A stretch of 64,000 bases of DNA from Fistulifera solaris (GCA_030295235.1 AP026124.1:1488001-1552000); one strand, 5' to 3'. Positions 35,461 to 49,295 are shown, counted from the first letter of the stretch. Translations and numbers: made by a program. Notes: a model not told the origin generated them from the sequence alone.

Positions 35461-37027
35461 CTAGTGCTTCCAAATTTTGATAGTTCGATCCTTAGAGCCG
35501 GTCGCAACGCTACCACCCGTAGGACTCCAATCAAGTGCATAGACTTCGTCGAAATGACCAGGAAGAGTTCCTTTGGCACGCTTACCAGAAGGCACCTCCC
35601 ATAGTTTTGCGGTACTATCTTTGCTGGCACTGACCAGATAACGACTATCGGCACTCCATGCAACTTGGTAGACTGCGCCCACGTGTCCTGTCAATGTCGA
35701 TATAAAGTCGCCTGAAAATCCATTCCAGATCTTTACTTTCTTGTCAAACGATGCACTCGCAAAATACCGGGCGTCTGGACTAAAAACAATCTGATTGACA
35801 GCTTGTTGATGACCAGTGAGTCTCTTGATGGGTTGCTTCGACTCCTGAGGATGCCAAAGAAATAACGTAAAATCATCGGACCCAGATACTAGTCGCTCCA
35901 CACCCCCTTGATTTCGTTTGAACTCTTCGTATTTTTCTTTTGCAGCTTTAAATGCAGCTTCTTCGGACTCAAATTTCGTATTTTTATGATCAAAAGGCCC
36001 AACTCGGTTAACATAGTCGCTGGATAGAGCAAGTGTATTGATGCGATGTCCGTGTCCCGTCAAAGTGCGCACCAAGATACCACGGTCGGGGTTCCACACC
36101 TTAATGGTTCTATCCCGACTAGCGGAATACACCGACTCACCCCATTTCACCGCTTCGACGGAATCGGTATGCCCTGATAAAGTTACAAGACATGACTGTG
36201 TTCGAACATTCCATACTTTCAAAGTGCCGTCTTTACTCGACGTTGCCAACCGTTCGCACTTGCTGTTAGCATGTAGTGGCTCCCAAGCCAGGCCTGTAAT
36301 CCATTGCTTGTGAGCTTTTACGTGTTTCCCAATCGCCACTCCTTTTGAAGGGTCCCATAGAATCCAGACACCGTTTCGATCCCCCGAGACAAATCTTTCC
36401 CCGTTTGGACTCCATGCCGTGCACAAAACGTGGTTCTTGTGTCCAGCACATGTAAATTTGGGAGTGGCTGTGAGAATATCCCAAAAGCGTACCATCGTGT
36501 CTCCACCCCCACTGGCCAAAAAGACGACCATGGGGAGCATACGAGACATGCAAAATCGCTTCTGTGTGACCCGGCAGCGTATCCGAACACCGAGTGACCG
36601 GCCGGACACGAAAAACGGCTCGCGGCTGATACGTCAGTTGCAGAACAGACTCTGTACTCAAATCGGGAAAATGCTCGAACAGTTCGGAAAGAATGTCGGT
36701 GACTCCGACGTCGTCTCCGTTGATCTTTGCATAAAACGCATACGGTATTCTTTTGTCGTCAGCCTCGAGCAATGCATGCACCAGCGCATTCAAATCATCC
36801 ACCGAACTATTGGTAGGGACATCTAAAATACCCGCTAATTCCTTTCCTTCACGGTTTTGAAATTGAATCTGCAAGTTGGATGGTAAGCTGGTGGGTGTGT
36901 CTTCGACAACACGATATCGTTTGGTCGCCGTCGAATAACGATAACCCAAATTATTCGGGTTCTCTGAACCAACTAAGCTTCCGCCCCATGCTATTCCTCC
37001 CTTCTTATCGTCGGATAACTCTGTCAT
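35461..37027 (-). CDS. NLE1: Notchless/Rsa4 ribosome assembly factor (NLE domain plus WD40); frameshift near 36520
   Basis: YQPRAVFRVRPVTRCSDTLPGH, RLVSGSDDFTLFLW and LPGHFDEVYALDWSP. Confidence 0.92.
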
Positions 37028-37418
37028 GGTTGGTATGTATTACTTTCGCTTGAATTGGTGGAAAAAAGAATGAAAAAGTTGACCCTCAAAGAAAAAAAGT
37101 GAGGGAGTTCTCGCGCGGAAAATTCTTGGTGGTGAGTGATGAGGAAAACGCAAGCGGACCGACGGCGGTCGTACAGATTTATATTTGTGCATCGTACCGG
37201 TACCCCAATCCTCATAACACTGACGTGGCATTTTTAATGAGTACACTTTTCCCCACTGGAACAGAAAGTACGTCACACGTCATCTGTCTTGAAACGATGG
37301 CATTATTTTATTTTTTTCTCTTTTTGCTTTCGTCGAGAATCTCTTTGCGGCCCTCGCATCCATCACTTTTGCATCAATCTAATCCTCTACCGTAATATAA
37401 AGACTCTAATTCGTCATC

Positions 37419-38722
37419 ATGTTCCGTCTTGCTGTCCAAAAAAGTGTCAATGGCGCTTTTACCGCCTTCTATCGCGCGTTCCACGCGACGGCCGTCGCCG
37501 ATGCTAAATTGACGGTTCAGCAGCTTGCCGAGAAAGTCGATTTGAAAGGTCAGAACGTATTGGTTCGTGTCGATCTGAATGCCCCCTTGGCCAAAGACAA
37601 TGTAACTGTAACAGACGATACCCGCTTGCGCGCTGTCGTTCCCACCACCAAGTTTCTCTTGGACAAAGGTGCCAATGTGATTTTGGCGAGTCATTACGGT
37701 CGACCCAAAGGAGAAGTCATCGAAACGGGCAAGAATGGACGTTTGAACCCTGTTGTCAAGCCTTTGGAGAGCTTACTAGGCACTTCTATTCTAAAGATGA
37801 ATGATTGCAAGGGCCCAGAAGTCGAAGAAGCCGCTTCCAAGTTGACAACCGGCCAGGTCATGTTGCTCGAGAACACTCGCTTCTACGCGGGCGAAACCAA
37901 GAATGATCCCGAGCTTTCTGCCGCCTTGGGAAAGCTCGCGGACTACTTTGTAATGGATGCCTTTGGTACCGCTCACCGTGCGCATAGTTCGACGGAAGGT
38001 GTCACCAAGCACGTCAAACTCGCTGCGGCCGGCTTCTTGATGGAGAAAGAATTGCAATACTTGCAAGGTGCAGTAGACGACCCGAAGCGCCCCCTTATGG
38101 CCATTGTTGGTGGAGCCAAAGTATCTACGAAAATTCCGGTCATCGAATCGTTGTTGGAAAAGTGTGATAGTATTTTGGTCGGTGGTGGAATGATTTTCAC
38201 CTTTACAAGGCTTTGGGGTACAACATTGGTGCGTCTCTCGTCGAAGAAGACATGGTGGATCTTGCCACACAACTCATGAAGAAAGCGGAGGCCAAAGGTG
38301 TCCCACTCATTTTGCCGACCGATGTTGTGTTGGCTGATGCCTTTGATAACGACGCAAATAGTGCCATTGCGAGCGTCAAGGAGATTTCGGGAGATTGGCG
38401 AGGTCTAGATATTGGTCCGGATACCATCAAACTTTTCCAAACTGAAATTGAAAAGGCAAAGACTATTATTTGGAACGGCCCCATGGGAGTTTTCGAAATG
38501 CCCAATTTTGCGGCGGGGACCAACGCTGTTGCCCAGATGTTGGCAACTGCCACACAGGAACACGGAGCCATCACCATCATTGGCGGTGGTGATTCGGTAG
38601 CTGCGGTCAACCAAGCTGGTCTTGGTGACAAGGTTTCTCACATTTCGACTGGTGGAGGAGCTAGTCTCGAATTGTTGGAGGGTAAAGTGCTCCCGGGTGT
38701 TGCCGCTCTGACTGAAGTATAA
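37419..38722 (+). CDS. PGK: Phosphoglycerate kinase with a mitochondrial-type presequence; frameshift near 38205
   Basis: [45 protein letters not shown] and STGGGASLE motifs. Confidence 0.95.
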
Positions 38723-39276
38723 ATTTACAACTTAAAGCGCTGATTGAAATGATCTTCTGCTGACTTTTTGTACCATTTTGGGATAAACTACCTGTACTTC
38801 CGATGTCTTGATCTTCCTGGTTGCCCGGACGACCAACTTTACTCGTGGAGCTAGAAATATCGTAGTCTCACATAAAAACATTTGGAGTAAACCGTACCAG
38901 GTACACCGTATCGAATAGTTTATGTCATGACTGGATTTAGGTCCTAAATCATCACGCCTTTTGGGCATAAAATAGTCTATGTTGTAGGTGACGTAATTGA
39001 GCTATTGGAACAGGTATTGTCTTCAATTTTTTGTGGAAGCAGTCCATGATAAAATCTTTACGTCGACAACCGTTCTGGGAGTAGTACACTTCAGAATATA
39101 CTGGGACTACAATTGTACCAGGTACAGTCACAACCCGTAGCACACACACGATAGGATTTGAGTCACGAAGTCAGAGGTTTTTCATTTATTATTATTATTG
39201 AATTCGACTGCACCGCCGCGCTGTTTTTGTTCACATAAATATATTTATTGAACTCGATACCTTTTCGCCCTTAAAC

Positions 39277-39711
39277 ATGAGCTCCAGTAGAAAGACAGCT
39301 GACATGCAGAGTTCATTTACTCGGCAAGCCACCATTTTACGAAAAAACTTAATGGAGTGGGACAACATGATGCGACATCCGCAAGGAGAAGATTGGCCGA
39401 AAATGCTTGGAAGACTGAATGCAGCTTTGAATCAAACAAATAACATGGACAAGAGTATCGATGACGTAATGGAGCATTTTGTCTACGTTCCCAGAAAAAG
39501 CACGGCAAACCCTCAGGATATCCCCTTCTTTCTCTCGACCCGAATCGAAATGTCTGCCGACAACAGGAACGAAAGCACCAACAATCCTTCTAAAGTTTCT
39601 CCTCCTGCAAAGTATGAAATAAATGGCGATCCAGTACAGTTGCTAGCAGCATATGAGAATAACGCCGCTCGAATAGCGTCCGAGTACGAAGAAAACATGA
39701 TTCGGTTTTAA
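39277..39711 (+). CDS. MED8: Mediator subunit 8-like protein
   Basis: WPKMLGRL...HFVYVP...IPFFLST resembles the Med8 N-terminal WP..L / P.P..L.T pattern. Confidence 0.55.
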   Translation: MSSSRKTADMQSSFTRQATILRKNLMEWDNMMRHPQGEDWPKMLGRLNAALNQTNNMDKSIDDVMEHFVYVPRKSTANPQDIPFFLSTRIEMSADNRNESTNNPSKVSPPAKYEINGDPVQLLAAYENNAARIASEYEENMIRF

Positions 39712-40073
39712 GGTCGATAGTATCAAATTTTATGGACAGCTAAGCATGGTCCCTGAAGATTAAATTAGATGGTATTTTTATGAAATGATAAAAACCACAA
39801 ATTTTGTTCAAGAGACTTGTCTAGACTAATATTTATTTATTCATTCAGATTTTCGTCTCCTAGCCGACGGATTCTTCGACGTCATATTACGGACTAAAAA
39901 TACACGGGATTGAACTCACCGCCAACCATTCTTTTCTACCAGGTATACGCGGCGCGCCGCCTTTTGATGTTGCATTATTTATTCTTCACCCTGCTCTGAA
40001 TAACTTTATAACAACTTTATAGTAACGTTTACTTCCGAAATCAAAGAAACAATAAGGCTACAGAGAAAGAGAA

Positions 40074-40551
40074 ATGGCGAAATCGATCCGCTCCAAAATT
40101 AAGAGAAAACACCGCGCTGAGTTTCGTAGAACAATTGGTTCGGTACGTTTCGACACGGTTGTGTACGGCACTTTGGCACTTATTGAGTTCTGACATGCGC
40201 ACATTATAATGGTAGGCGGCGTATCAAACCCAGATGAGCAATGTGCAGGCAAAATTACAACAGAATTTGGAAAAACAAACGATGAAATCGATCGACCGAT
40301 TGTCCGAAACACTTATGACTAGTCAGCATTCCGATCCAGAAAACGAATCCACCATGGCGGTAGACATTCCAGAGGCATCGGAATTGAGAGAGAACGAAAG
40401 GCGTGTAGAAGATTATCGAGGAGAGAATAAGGCACCAGTGAGCAAGAGATCACGCAAGAAGAAGAATCCGTATCGAAGCAAAATGAAGAGAAAGCGGCCG
40501 AGTCCGCTTTAAATGAAAAAACGCCGCCCTCGATTTTTCTGTCAATTCTGA
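40074..40551 (+). CDS. LLPH/DUF2423-like small basic protein; intron 40143-40215
   Basis: MAKSIRSKIKRKHRAE N-terminus. The spliced exon is in frame with ORF 40234. The basic tail ending RRPRFFCQF lies beyond an in-frame TAA that is a probable artefact. Confidence 0.6.
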
Positions 40552-40694
40552 AATATTCTTCTCGCATTAATATGTTATGGGTGGACAAGGCAATGATGGC
40601 TGGTCAAAATTACTGTAGTCTATTTATTTTAGCTTCGTTGACGCGCACGAGCACGTTACCGATCCAAGTGTCCCTGAGAACTGAGATTTTAATC

Positions 40695-42490
40695 CTATAA
40701 ATAGTCCTTGAACGTTAGAATCGTTCGGCCGGTTTGGCCCTTTGTTTTCTTTGGATTGTTGGTTGGGGCGGGCTTGAGAAGGAACGTGGCAGTGAAACTC
40801 TGCAATACTGGCTCAGCGGCGGCCAGAATATCGGGTGGAGTCTTCAGTGGATCGACTTGTTGGCGAATTGTCTCTGGCTGGACCGAAGGATCGAATACAC
40901 GCTTCACCATGGTTTGATTCCATGATCGATGGAAAGGACTGAACACCATGCCACTATCCAAACATCCATCGGGAAGCATGAGAGAATCGATCAAATCATC
41001 GCATACTTTCGATTTTCGGTCATCAGTTTCGTTGATAATATTTGTGAAAGCCTCCATACTCAGTTCTCTGACTTCGCCTGCAAAGGGTAAGTGAAGGAAC
41101 GCCAGGCGTAACGGCGCCTCAAAGTCTACTTCGGTCAGTGGTATAAGGGCCCCCACTTGCGGTGAGCCTTTGGAAGTCTTCTTGAGGGTGCAGAGAGCCA
41201 CTTTCTCCGAACGCTGCAATGCTTGAGCAAGCCCCATAATGGCGGCACATGCTTTCTGAGACTCCGCACCAGTAATCACATAGGGCGGGCCGTACATGTA
41301 TATGCGGGGAACTTGATTAGTTGACGCGTAGCCTAGAATTTGCAGTAGTGGTCCTTTCTCTGTGAAATCTTTGAGACCCTCGTAATCATTATCACCTATC
41401 GGAATAAGATCAGAACCATACCGAATGGCGGTAGTGCATTCTCGATCGGGTAAAATGTCATCCGATTTCTCGTCTTCCGCAAACTTTTTTATCGTTTTGA
41501 TCGTATCTGTTACTACTTGCCCTTCATCGTCCCTTATAATTTGCCCAGTCTCTTCGTCTACAAGAATAAGTTCCTTCTTAGTTCTTGGATAACTAGCCTT
41601 CTTCAAAATGGGAAAGAATCGAACGGGAAAGGAGAGTCCAGGAGCGACGCGAAAGTCAATCTTCTTCCGTACGGACGCAGTGAGTCGTTTTCCTCGATTA
41701 ATATCCAAAATCTGTTGAAGGGTCGATGCCGCGATGACTTGGCCCCCAGTCTTTTCTGTCAGAGTTACCAACAGTTGTTCGCGGTTTCTCTTTTCCGTGT
41801 AATACAAAACCTCATCATCGCTGTTGTCGGGTTCATCCTTAACTTTGACGGAGTAGGAAGTCCCATCCACGTCTTCTCGTTTGATGCGCTTGTCTCCGTT
41901 ACTCGTCACAGCACTTGGTACCGGAAGAGGAACCTCGTACAATGCAGCCGAGTCTTCGTGAAACCCCATCCCAACCACAATGATCTGACACTCCATGTCG
42001 CGCAATGCATCTACGACGACAAGAAACGGCTCCTTTGCACGATGAAATTGTGACTGGCGTCCGTAAATACAACAATCTTGCGTTGAAACTTCAACTTGTG
42101 TGTCCTCGTATAGAGCGCATCAGCTGCTAATAAGATTGATTGAATCACGTCGCCCTGTTGTATATCATCGGTATTATCGTCAGTTTGAATAGTAGCGATA
42201 TCCCGCAGTAGCTGAGCGGTGGGGCACTGAATCCCGTCAGAAAGTTCGGTCAAATGCGGAAAGGGAGGTTCCTCTTCGGCGAGATCGGTTCCCGGATCGA
42301 TTTTGTGATGCGCTGTAGCTTTTGTTTTACAAACGATAACACAAACTTCGTTTGTTTTTGACTGGAGCATGAGATCACTAACGCTATCTATGACAGCTTG
42401 CTTCGCACAATCGAGACGCGTTTCTTTCGAAGTGTAAAAACGATTCATGGACGACGATGCGTCTATAATGTAGACAACTGCTTCTTTCAT
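40695..42490 (-). CDS. KU80: Ku80-like DNA end-binding protein (vWA plus Ku core); frameshift near 42020
   Basis: KEAVVYIIDASSSM, KTNEV, RKIVVFTDA, RYGSDLIP and LHLPFAGEVR. Confidence 0.8.
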
Positions 42491-42954
42491 GGTAATTGGT
42501 GAAGAAATATACTGCAGGGAAGAAAAAACGGCGTGCTTTGTGTTTTACGGCGCCATCATCGTCGAGAAATTGCGAGGAAAAAGGAAAAAATCCAATGTCT
42601 CATGACAGAATTCCAGTCGTGGATAATAAATCGATTCAACACTATAGGCCACAGTATTTGCGGATCACTTACTGGAGAATGGAGAATAGGCTTTGCAGTG
42701 TTTGCACTACATGCCTTTTTATTTTTCTACTGTCAAGATTATTCCTAATTTCTTAACGTCAGATTGTAATCTTGACATTCGACTGAATTTTCCATTTTTC
42801 ATCTCATTTTTTCACATACGGAGTATATTTCAGTCTAACACTTCGCTGAGTAGACTTTGGTTGTAACTCTAGCTCTAGTGCTAGTAGAGGGCCAGTCCCG
42901 AGCCCGTTTCCCAATAAGGGGGGGTCCGTCTTGGCATTCCTTCTCTTGGATGTA

Positions 42955-43260
42955 TGCCGAAAAGCCTTGCGAAACGTTGTCTGCGTATTTACCATAGACA
43001 ATGGTGTTGACCGTTTTTCGCCACGACTGCACTTCAGTCATGAATGCATATTTTCGGGTGCGACAATGCTGCCTACTACCTACAATAAGATCGTTTAGCA
43101 GCTTTTTTTGGAAACCATTTGTCGTTATGGCAGTGAAATAGGCTTTATTTGTAGGTCGAAAAGCCTTACGAAACGTTGTCCGTATTTTCTATAGTGTTTT
43201 TTTTTCGCCACCACTGCATGTTTTCAGCACCACGACTACAAATTTCAGTCATGATCAAAG
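42955..43260. repeat. Degenerate repeat of about 200-bp units, locus 2
   Basis: aaagcctt.cgaaacgttgtc..., ttttcgccac.actgca and ttcagtcatga each occur twice about 200 bp apart. Confidence 0.65.
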
Positions 43261-43503
43261 TACGGAAAAACAAAACGCGGCCACACGCCACACCAACGAA
43301 GTTTAGGTTTGGTAGCAGTCTGGTCAAAGTCTGGTCAGTAAAGGTCTCGATTTCTCTATTTTTTCCGTCAGAGAAATCGTCCACACTATTCATTTATCCA
43401 ATCAATACAATCATTGTGAATAATAAATCAAAGATTTAACCGGCGCGGTCTTTTTTGCTACTTAGCAAGCAAATAAGAGTTCGATAACGGGACCTTGAAT
43501 CGG

Positions 43504-45987
43504 ATGTTCGCGTTCTGGAAGGTACTGAATTTTGTTTCATTTCTAGCAGTGACATTTGCTTTCGCCACTTCGATCACCATGCATCAGGATGCACAGGCCT
43601 TCAATGAATATGCTTCCGCTGCGGTGGATCTTACGAATGCGCACGTTGACTCCACGGGTTTGTTCACGAGTATGTAGTTGAGAATAGTCGCTTTTGGAGT
43701 CGGTTGGCATGTTGACTAACATACCTTGTTTCGTGTATCACTCCTTTCAGTGACGCGCTCCGTACGTGATATTGACAATGACAAGACCCGGCGCTTCCTC
43801 TATTCGGGATTTTTCGATGACAACTTTTCTAATCTTCGATTGACACCACCCGTAGAATGCCATGATGCCGAAAAGTGGCGTCTGCCGTCCCCTTCAGGTC
43901 AAAAGGTGGCTATTTTGCGGTACGAGAATAACGACGAAACGCCCGTGCTAGAAATATGGAACGAACAATGTTTGAAACGCCGGATCCGCCTGCCCAAACA
44001 GCATGGAAAAGTTATCACAGATCCGGGTGGGTTCGGTCGTCCTTGTTGGAATCGACAAGAGACGTGTCTGGTGTACAGCGCTGAACGAAAACCACCAAAA
44101 ACGGAATCGTTCTTTCAGGATATTGATGACGACAAGACGAAGAAGGAGACGAGTGCAGATAACGAAGACATGGGAGTCGTACGCGGAGGTCAGAATGTGC
44201 TAGGAGTGGGGAAACTGGAGCATTGGGGTGAAAAATACTCGCAGTGCGCTCCTCTATTGGATCTATATTGTCTTCATGTCGACACAGGCAAAGTAGGGCG
44301 GGTCGAGAATGTACCGGGCGGTGTCGAAGCAACTACTACATTGGGCGGATTTTCGTTGGGGCAAGCCGTCTTTGCTCCGGATGGAGAAACGATTGTTTAC
44401 GTCGGATGGAATGCCGGTGGAGAATTGGGGATGCCACGTCGCTTGGGTCTCATCTATTGTCAACAACGCCCCAGCAAATTGTATTCTTCCTCAGTACGTC
44501 ACCTTGTGAATCGCATTTCACCCTCAGAAGCCGATATGGACGAGCAAAAGAATCTGGTCGACGATGATTTTACCGTCCTCACGCCGTCGTTTCGGTTGGC
44601 TCGGTCGCCTCGATTCTCACCTGTTCGTGATGATGGCTCTTCTGCTCTCGTCTTTTTGGGATGCGAACAAGGCTTTGACACGCATTCTGGATGCTGGGCA
44701 CTCCACGCTATGCAATACAAAGAATCGGGATTCTCTTCTCCTGTATGTGTGGTGAATCAAGTCGCAGACCCTCGGAATAGTCGTTCCGAGAGTGGTGTGG
44801 TGGCTGGGCTAAATTTCCCAGGCCTCTTTCTTTTAGAACTTCAAGACAACTGCTTTTTGTCATCGGAGTCGCTGCTTTTAACGACGCAATGGGGATCGGT
44901 TACGAAAATCGTCCATATTTCTCTCATTGAGGAAAACTCGGTGTCGCTCGTAAGATTTGCTGGCGAAGAAGACATTTCCAGCTCAAGTGTTTTGTGCACA
45001 GCTCCCAATGGAGGAGCAGTCATCATGAATCAGAACTCCAATCGCCCCGCAACGTTACATTTGCTTTCGTCAATGACACTTGGTTCATCTGCACAAAACG
45101 AGGCATCGTGTAGTGTCTCACTTTCGCCAATAGCCGCAACTCGTTTTTCTGGTCTTACCTGCCAGTTTCTCAATTTCCATGTGTCGCTGCAAATCCAGCA
45201 ACCACCAGATGTCAACGGGGTCAGCTTTAATCTTCCTCTTCAAAGTATCCTCCTTCTTCCTACAGCAATTGGGGCAGAGAAGCCACCTCTCGTTGTAATA
45301 CCGCACGGAGGACCTCACTCCGTGTCTACGACTTCGTATCTACCTGGTTATGCCTTTCTTTGTGGACAGGGCGGATATGCTATTCTCCTGGTGAATTATA
45401 GAGGATCGACAGGATTCGGTCAGAGTTCTGTTGAATGTCTGCCTTCGAATATTGGGACCCTTGATGTTGCTGATATGATTGCGGCAACGGAAATGATGCG
45501 ATCGTCGGGATTGATTGACCCCGAACGCATTGGAATCTGCGGTGGTAGTCATGGGGGATTTTTAACTGCCCACTGTACTTCTCAGTATCCTAACCTTTTC
45601 AAGGCTGCTGTGTTACGAAACCCTGTTGTCAACATCCCTTCCATGACAACAGCCACTGACATTCCCGATTGGTGCTTTGTCGAAACCTGTGGGTCCTATG
45701 GTTGGAATGACTATCGACCACCAACCGAAGCCGAGCTGCTCGCTATGAGAAGCAAAAGCCCCATTAGTCATGTAGCCAATGTGCAAGCGCCTACTCTTAT
45801 TGCCATTGGATTAAAAGATCTTCGTGTACCAGCCTCGCAGGGTCTTGAATGGTACCACACGTTGCGGTCGAAAGGGGTTCCGGTGGAATTGCTAATTTAC
45901 GATAACGATGATCATGCATTGGCGGGAGTTAGGACGGAATCGGATCACTGGCTGAATATCAAGCGATGGTTCGATAAATATCTTTGA
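43504..45987 (+). CDS. APEH: Acylamino-acid-releasing enzyme (S9 peptidase); intron in the region 43660-43750
   Basis: PHGGPHS, VNYRGSTGFG, GGSHGG nucleophile, RNPV...TDIPDW, DLRVP and DDHAL. Confidence 0.9.
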
Positions 45988-46068
45988 CTAGTGTAAACTT
46001 TCTCTGCGCGTTTTTCTAGATTGTAAAAATGGAAACTATCGATTTATCGTTGTAAGATCTACAGTAGA

Positions 46069-47036
46069 TTACTCCATAGCCCCTTCTTTCAAGACGTCGA
46101 TCATGTTGAAAACGCGAGGTTCTCCCGAATGAATCTGTTTCGACAAGAACTTGACAGCGTCTGCTGTGCCTTCAGCGTAAATGGTACGCCCGGCAACGTT
46201 GTGCTGCAGCTGAAATGAGACTGAACCGTCGGCCGACGTCAAAGTGTACGTGTGGAACGCGTGCCCTTTGATAGCGTCGGGTGGTACACCAAAAGCCACG
46301 GCTTCTTCATCATCACGAATCCTCTTGATGTCTTCGATTGTAAAGTTATCGTCTGAAGCAAGTTTCTCTATAGACTCGATAACAGCCTTTGCAGTTCCCG
46401 ATGTATCGGCTTTAGTCTTTTGATGCGACTCTGTCACACTCAATTTGTAACCATCAAAAGCCCCGGGAAACTTAGTCGCCAAATCTTCCAAAGCAGCCTG
46501 CATAGCGACAATCTGTTTCCCCATGTTTGGCGCAATCACACAGAAATGGCCTTGGACATCTTTCATAAGCTGGTCTCTGTCTCCGCCGGTCGTTCCCATG
46601 ACAAAGGGATTTTCTCCTTAACATAGAATTGTGCGTTGCTATTGACAGCCGATGGGTGTGTGTAGTCGATGGCTAGCAAGTTACCCGACGCCTTAAGACC
46701 GGCGATCGACGCCTGCAGCTTCTCTATTTCCTTACTAGGTATGAGCTTCACGTCTTGCTTTTTCTCTGTGACAGTGTCGTAAACCGAAATGGTAGAGGGT
46801 TCTACATCCGGGCCCGTCATTGCAACAGGAGCTAACTTCAGGCCCTTCCTTAAGCAGGCCTCCGCCGCTGCTGTTGCCATGGGTCCGGGCATACCGTTCA
46901 CCATGATAAACGTATCGTCGTCCATTGCGTGTAGCGTGGTTATTCTTCGGGCGGATTGTTGTAGGAACGTGAACGCATGGCAAGCGTGCGTCCTAAGCAC
47001 GAATGCCGCCATCAAATGATATACCGAGAGTCGCAT
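46069..47036 (-). CDS. dapB: Dihydrodipicolinate reductase (plant DAPB3-type), plastid-targeted; frameshift near 46600
   Basis: MVNGMPGPM, IDYTHPSAVN, MGTTGGDR, APNMGKQ, ESHQKTKADTSGTA and GHAFHTY. Presequence ends CHA-F. Confidence 0.9.
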
Positions 47037-47479
47037 GGAAGATTGGATATGAAAAGAAGGGTGCGGGGTCGTTAGCACAAAGAAAAATGCCACCGTCCAT
47101 GGTCGCCGATCGACGCATGTCGCATGTGGTCGGCACGAAAAACGGACCAAGGGGAGACAACCAGTAGAAAGCTACGTAGCTTTTGTACTAGAATGATCGA
47201 ATCCCGGATACGTTGTTTTGCGAAATTTAGTCACGAATAGCTAAGTGGGGTCAAGTGTCACAAGTCCATAGTCCATACAAGGTACCGGTACCGGTACCGT
47301 ACCGGTACTCCATACTTTTTTTATCAGCTCGAGTCCGCAAAATTAAAATCAAATCTGGCTGTCGATGAGGTTGTCTCGCAAAGTGTAACATATTTACAAA
47401 AACAGAAGATAAACACTACTCCGTACTTAGAATGCAGCGCAACTGGTTACCCGTCAACGATTATCCTACCAAAGAAATT

Positions 47480-49295
47480 TTAACGCGACGCGTTAAAACC
47501 ATCTACAAAACTAGAACCGCCACCGCTTACAACAATCTCATCCTCCCCGATATCCAACGTCAGATCAATTTCTTCTTCGTCATCGTCATCGTCAATCTGG
47601 AGTATGCTGTCTGTGCGTTGTAATGGCGGCAATGGAGCAATGCCGTGTGACAGGAAATACTTTGTCAGTTGTGTTGGAACTTCTTTCAACGTTTCCGACG
47701 TAAGTGACGCGCTGTTGTGTTTGTGCTTGTTGAATTCGACGAATTGAGCAATATCACGCTTTCCTGGACCAGCAGCGTCGTCCAAGAACTGCATAGACGA
47801 AAAGTCGGCATTGCCCACCCCAACAATGACAACAGACAATGGTGCATCGCTTGCTTGGTCAAGACACCTTGCTGTCGCGTGTGCATCAGATACAGCTCCG
47901 TCTGTCAAAATAAGAAGCACCGTGTACGTTTGACTGCCTCTCTGTTGTGCCATATCAAGGGAGCTTTGCGCTTTTGCAGCGGCCGTTTCGATAACTTCGG
48001 TAAAAACAGTGGGACCGCTCATTACCAAACCGCTAGCGAAGACCTTATGGTAGGCGTCGAGAACACCTGAGACCCCTTTAACCTCCTCTTGGGGACCGCA
48101 CTGGAAGCAGTGACGAACTTCGCCGGCGTATTTTGCCCCAAATCCGTAAACAGGGAAGCTCTGATCGGAATCATACTTAGCCAGAACACTAACGATAGCG
48201 GCGATTGCTTTCTCGTAATCGTTTCTCTCGCTACTTAGATAATGGAGAGTTCCTGGTTGGCGAGGATCGCCGTTTGAGCCCGTAAAGTCAATAGCGACGA
48301 TAACATTGATCGCACAGCCTCCAGCCGTGTAATCTACGAAATTCGGACTGCCGCTGGAGAGAACAGAGGACGAAACGGCGGTAATGGGAGCAATACTCGT
48401 GTTCTTCATCTGCTCTGCGACGTCTTCTACTCCAGCTACGCCGCTTACCTCCGCCTTGACAACCGAAATAGATCCGACGGCCTTGCCTTTCTGCAACAAA
48501 TCGAATGTCGATCCATTCTTTGCCGCTTGGATAAAACCATTCACAGTTGTCTCAAACTTTCCCATGGCTTTGTGCTTACCACTGCTCTCGTGATCGAACA
48601 CACTGACTTGAATGGGCATATCAAAATCACCGTCACACAAAGTGCTTAGCTCAATGATTGTCGTTTCCCATGCCGGATTGAGATTGTTCTTGACCACTGG
48701 TGAACGGTGGACATTATCCCAGGTCAATCCACCAGCGTTGCTGACCTTCTTTGACAGCTCAAAAAGGGATCTGATTTGCTAAACATCCCTTCGACGTTCT
48801 TGAGATTCGCCCCCTTGAGTTGCAAGCGCATCAAGCCAGACCCTTGTGCTTTGCGCGCACTCAAAAAGACGGTCCCTCCTTTGCGAAGCTTTTTCGCTTT
48901 CACGTTACCACGAGCACCGAGGCACTCTCCGATGTCGAAAACGGCAGATCCCATCCCTTTATTGTCGCCCTTGGTTACTTCGTCGAAGATGTTGACGGCC
49001 ACTTTGATAGGTATACCGAGCTCATAGTCAATGTAAAAGACTTTCACCCAATGCTGCAAACAATACCATGAGGAAATAGTTTCGTAAAGGATCTCGATCT
49101 CCTTGATCTGGTATCACGTACCGGGTTGAGATTGTTTTTGATGACTTCCGTTTTACCTAACACGTTGGGTTGTGTGCCCGGTGTTGCAGCGACTTGTGTC
49201 AGGATAGCAAAGGGTCGCTGGTACCCTTGAAGGCCCCTGCAACATTCTTGAGTTTCAGTGCGTGAACAGAGATTTCGAGTTTCATCTTCGTGCAA
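47480..49295 (-). CDS. Copine (C2-C2-vWA), with an intron and apparent indels
   Basis: GKTEVIKNNLNP, KSDPF, VAIDFTGSNGDP, GFGAK, LLILTDG and RDIAQFV. Confidence 0.9.

Noticed and set aside
37419..38722. Pseudogene or programmed-frameshift calls for PGK and the other split genes
   Set aside because: The breaks are isolated indels with intact motifs in many unrelated essential genes, so assembly error is more parsimonious.
7519..47036. Metabolic gene cluster (aroA, dapB, PGK)
   Set aside because: The genes are dispersed among unrelated housekeeping genes, with no pathway-level clustering.
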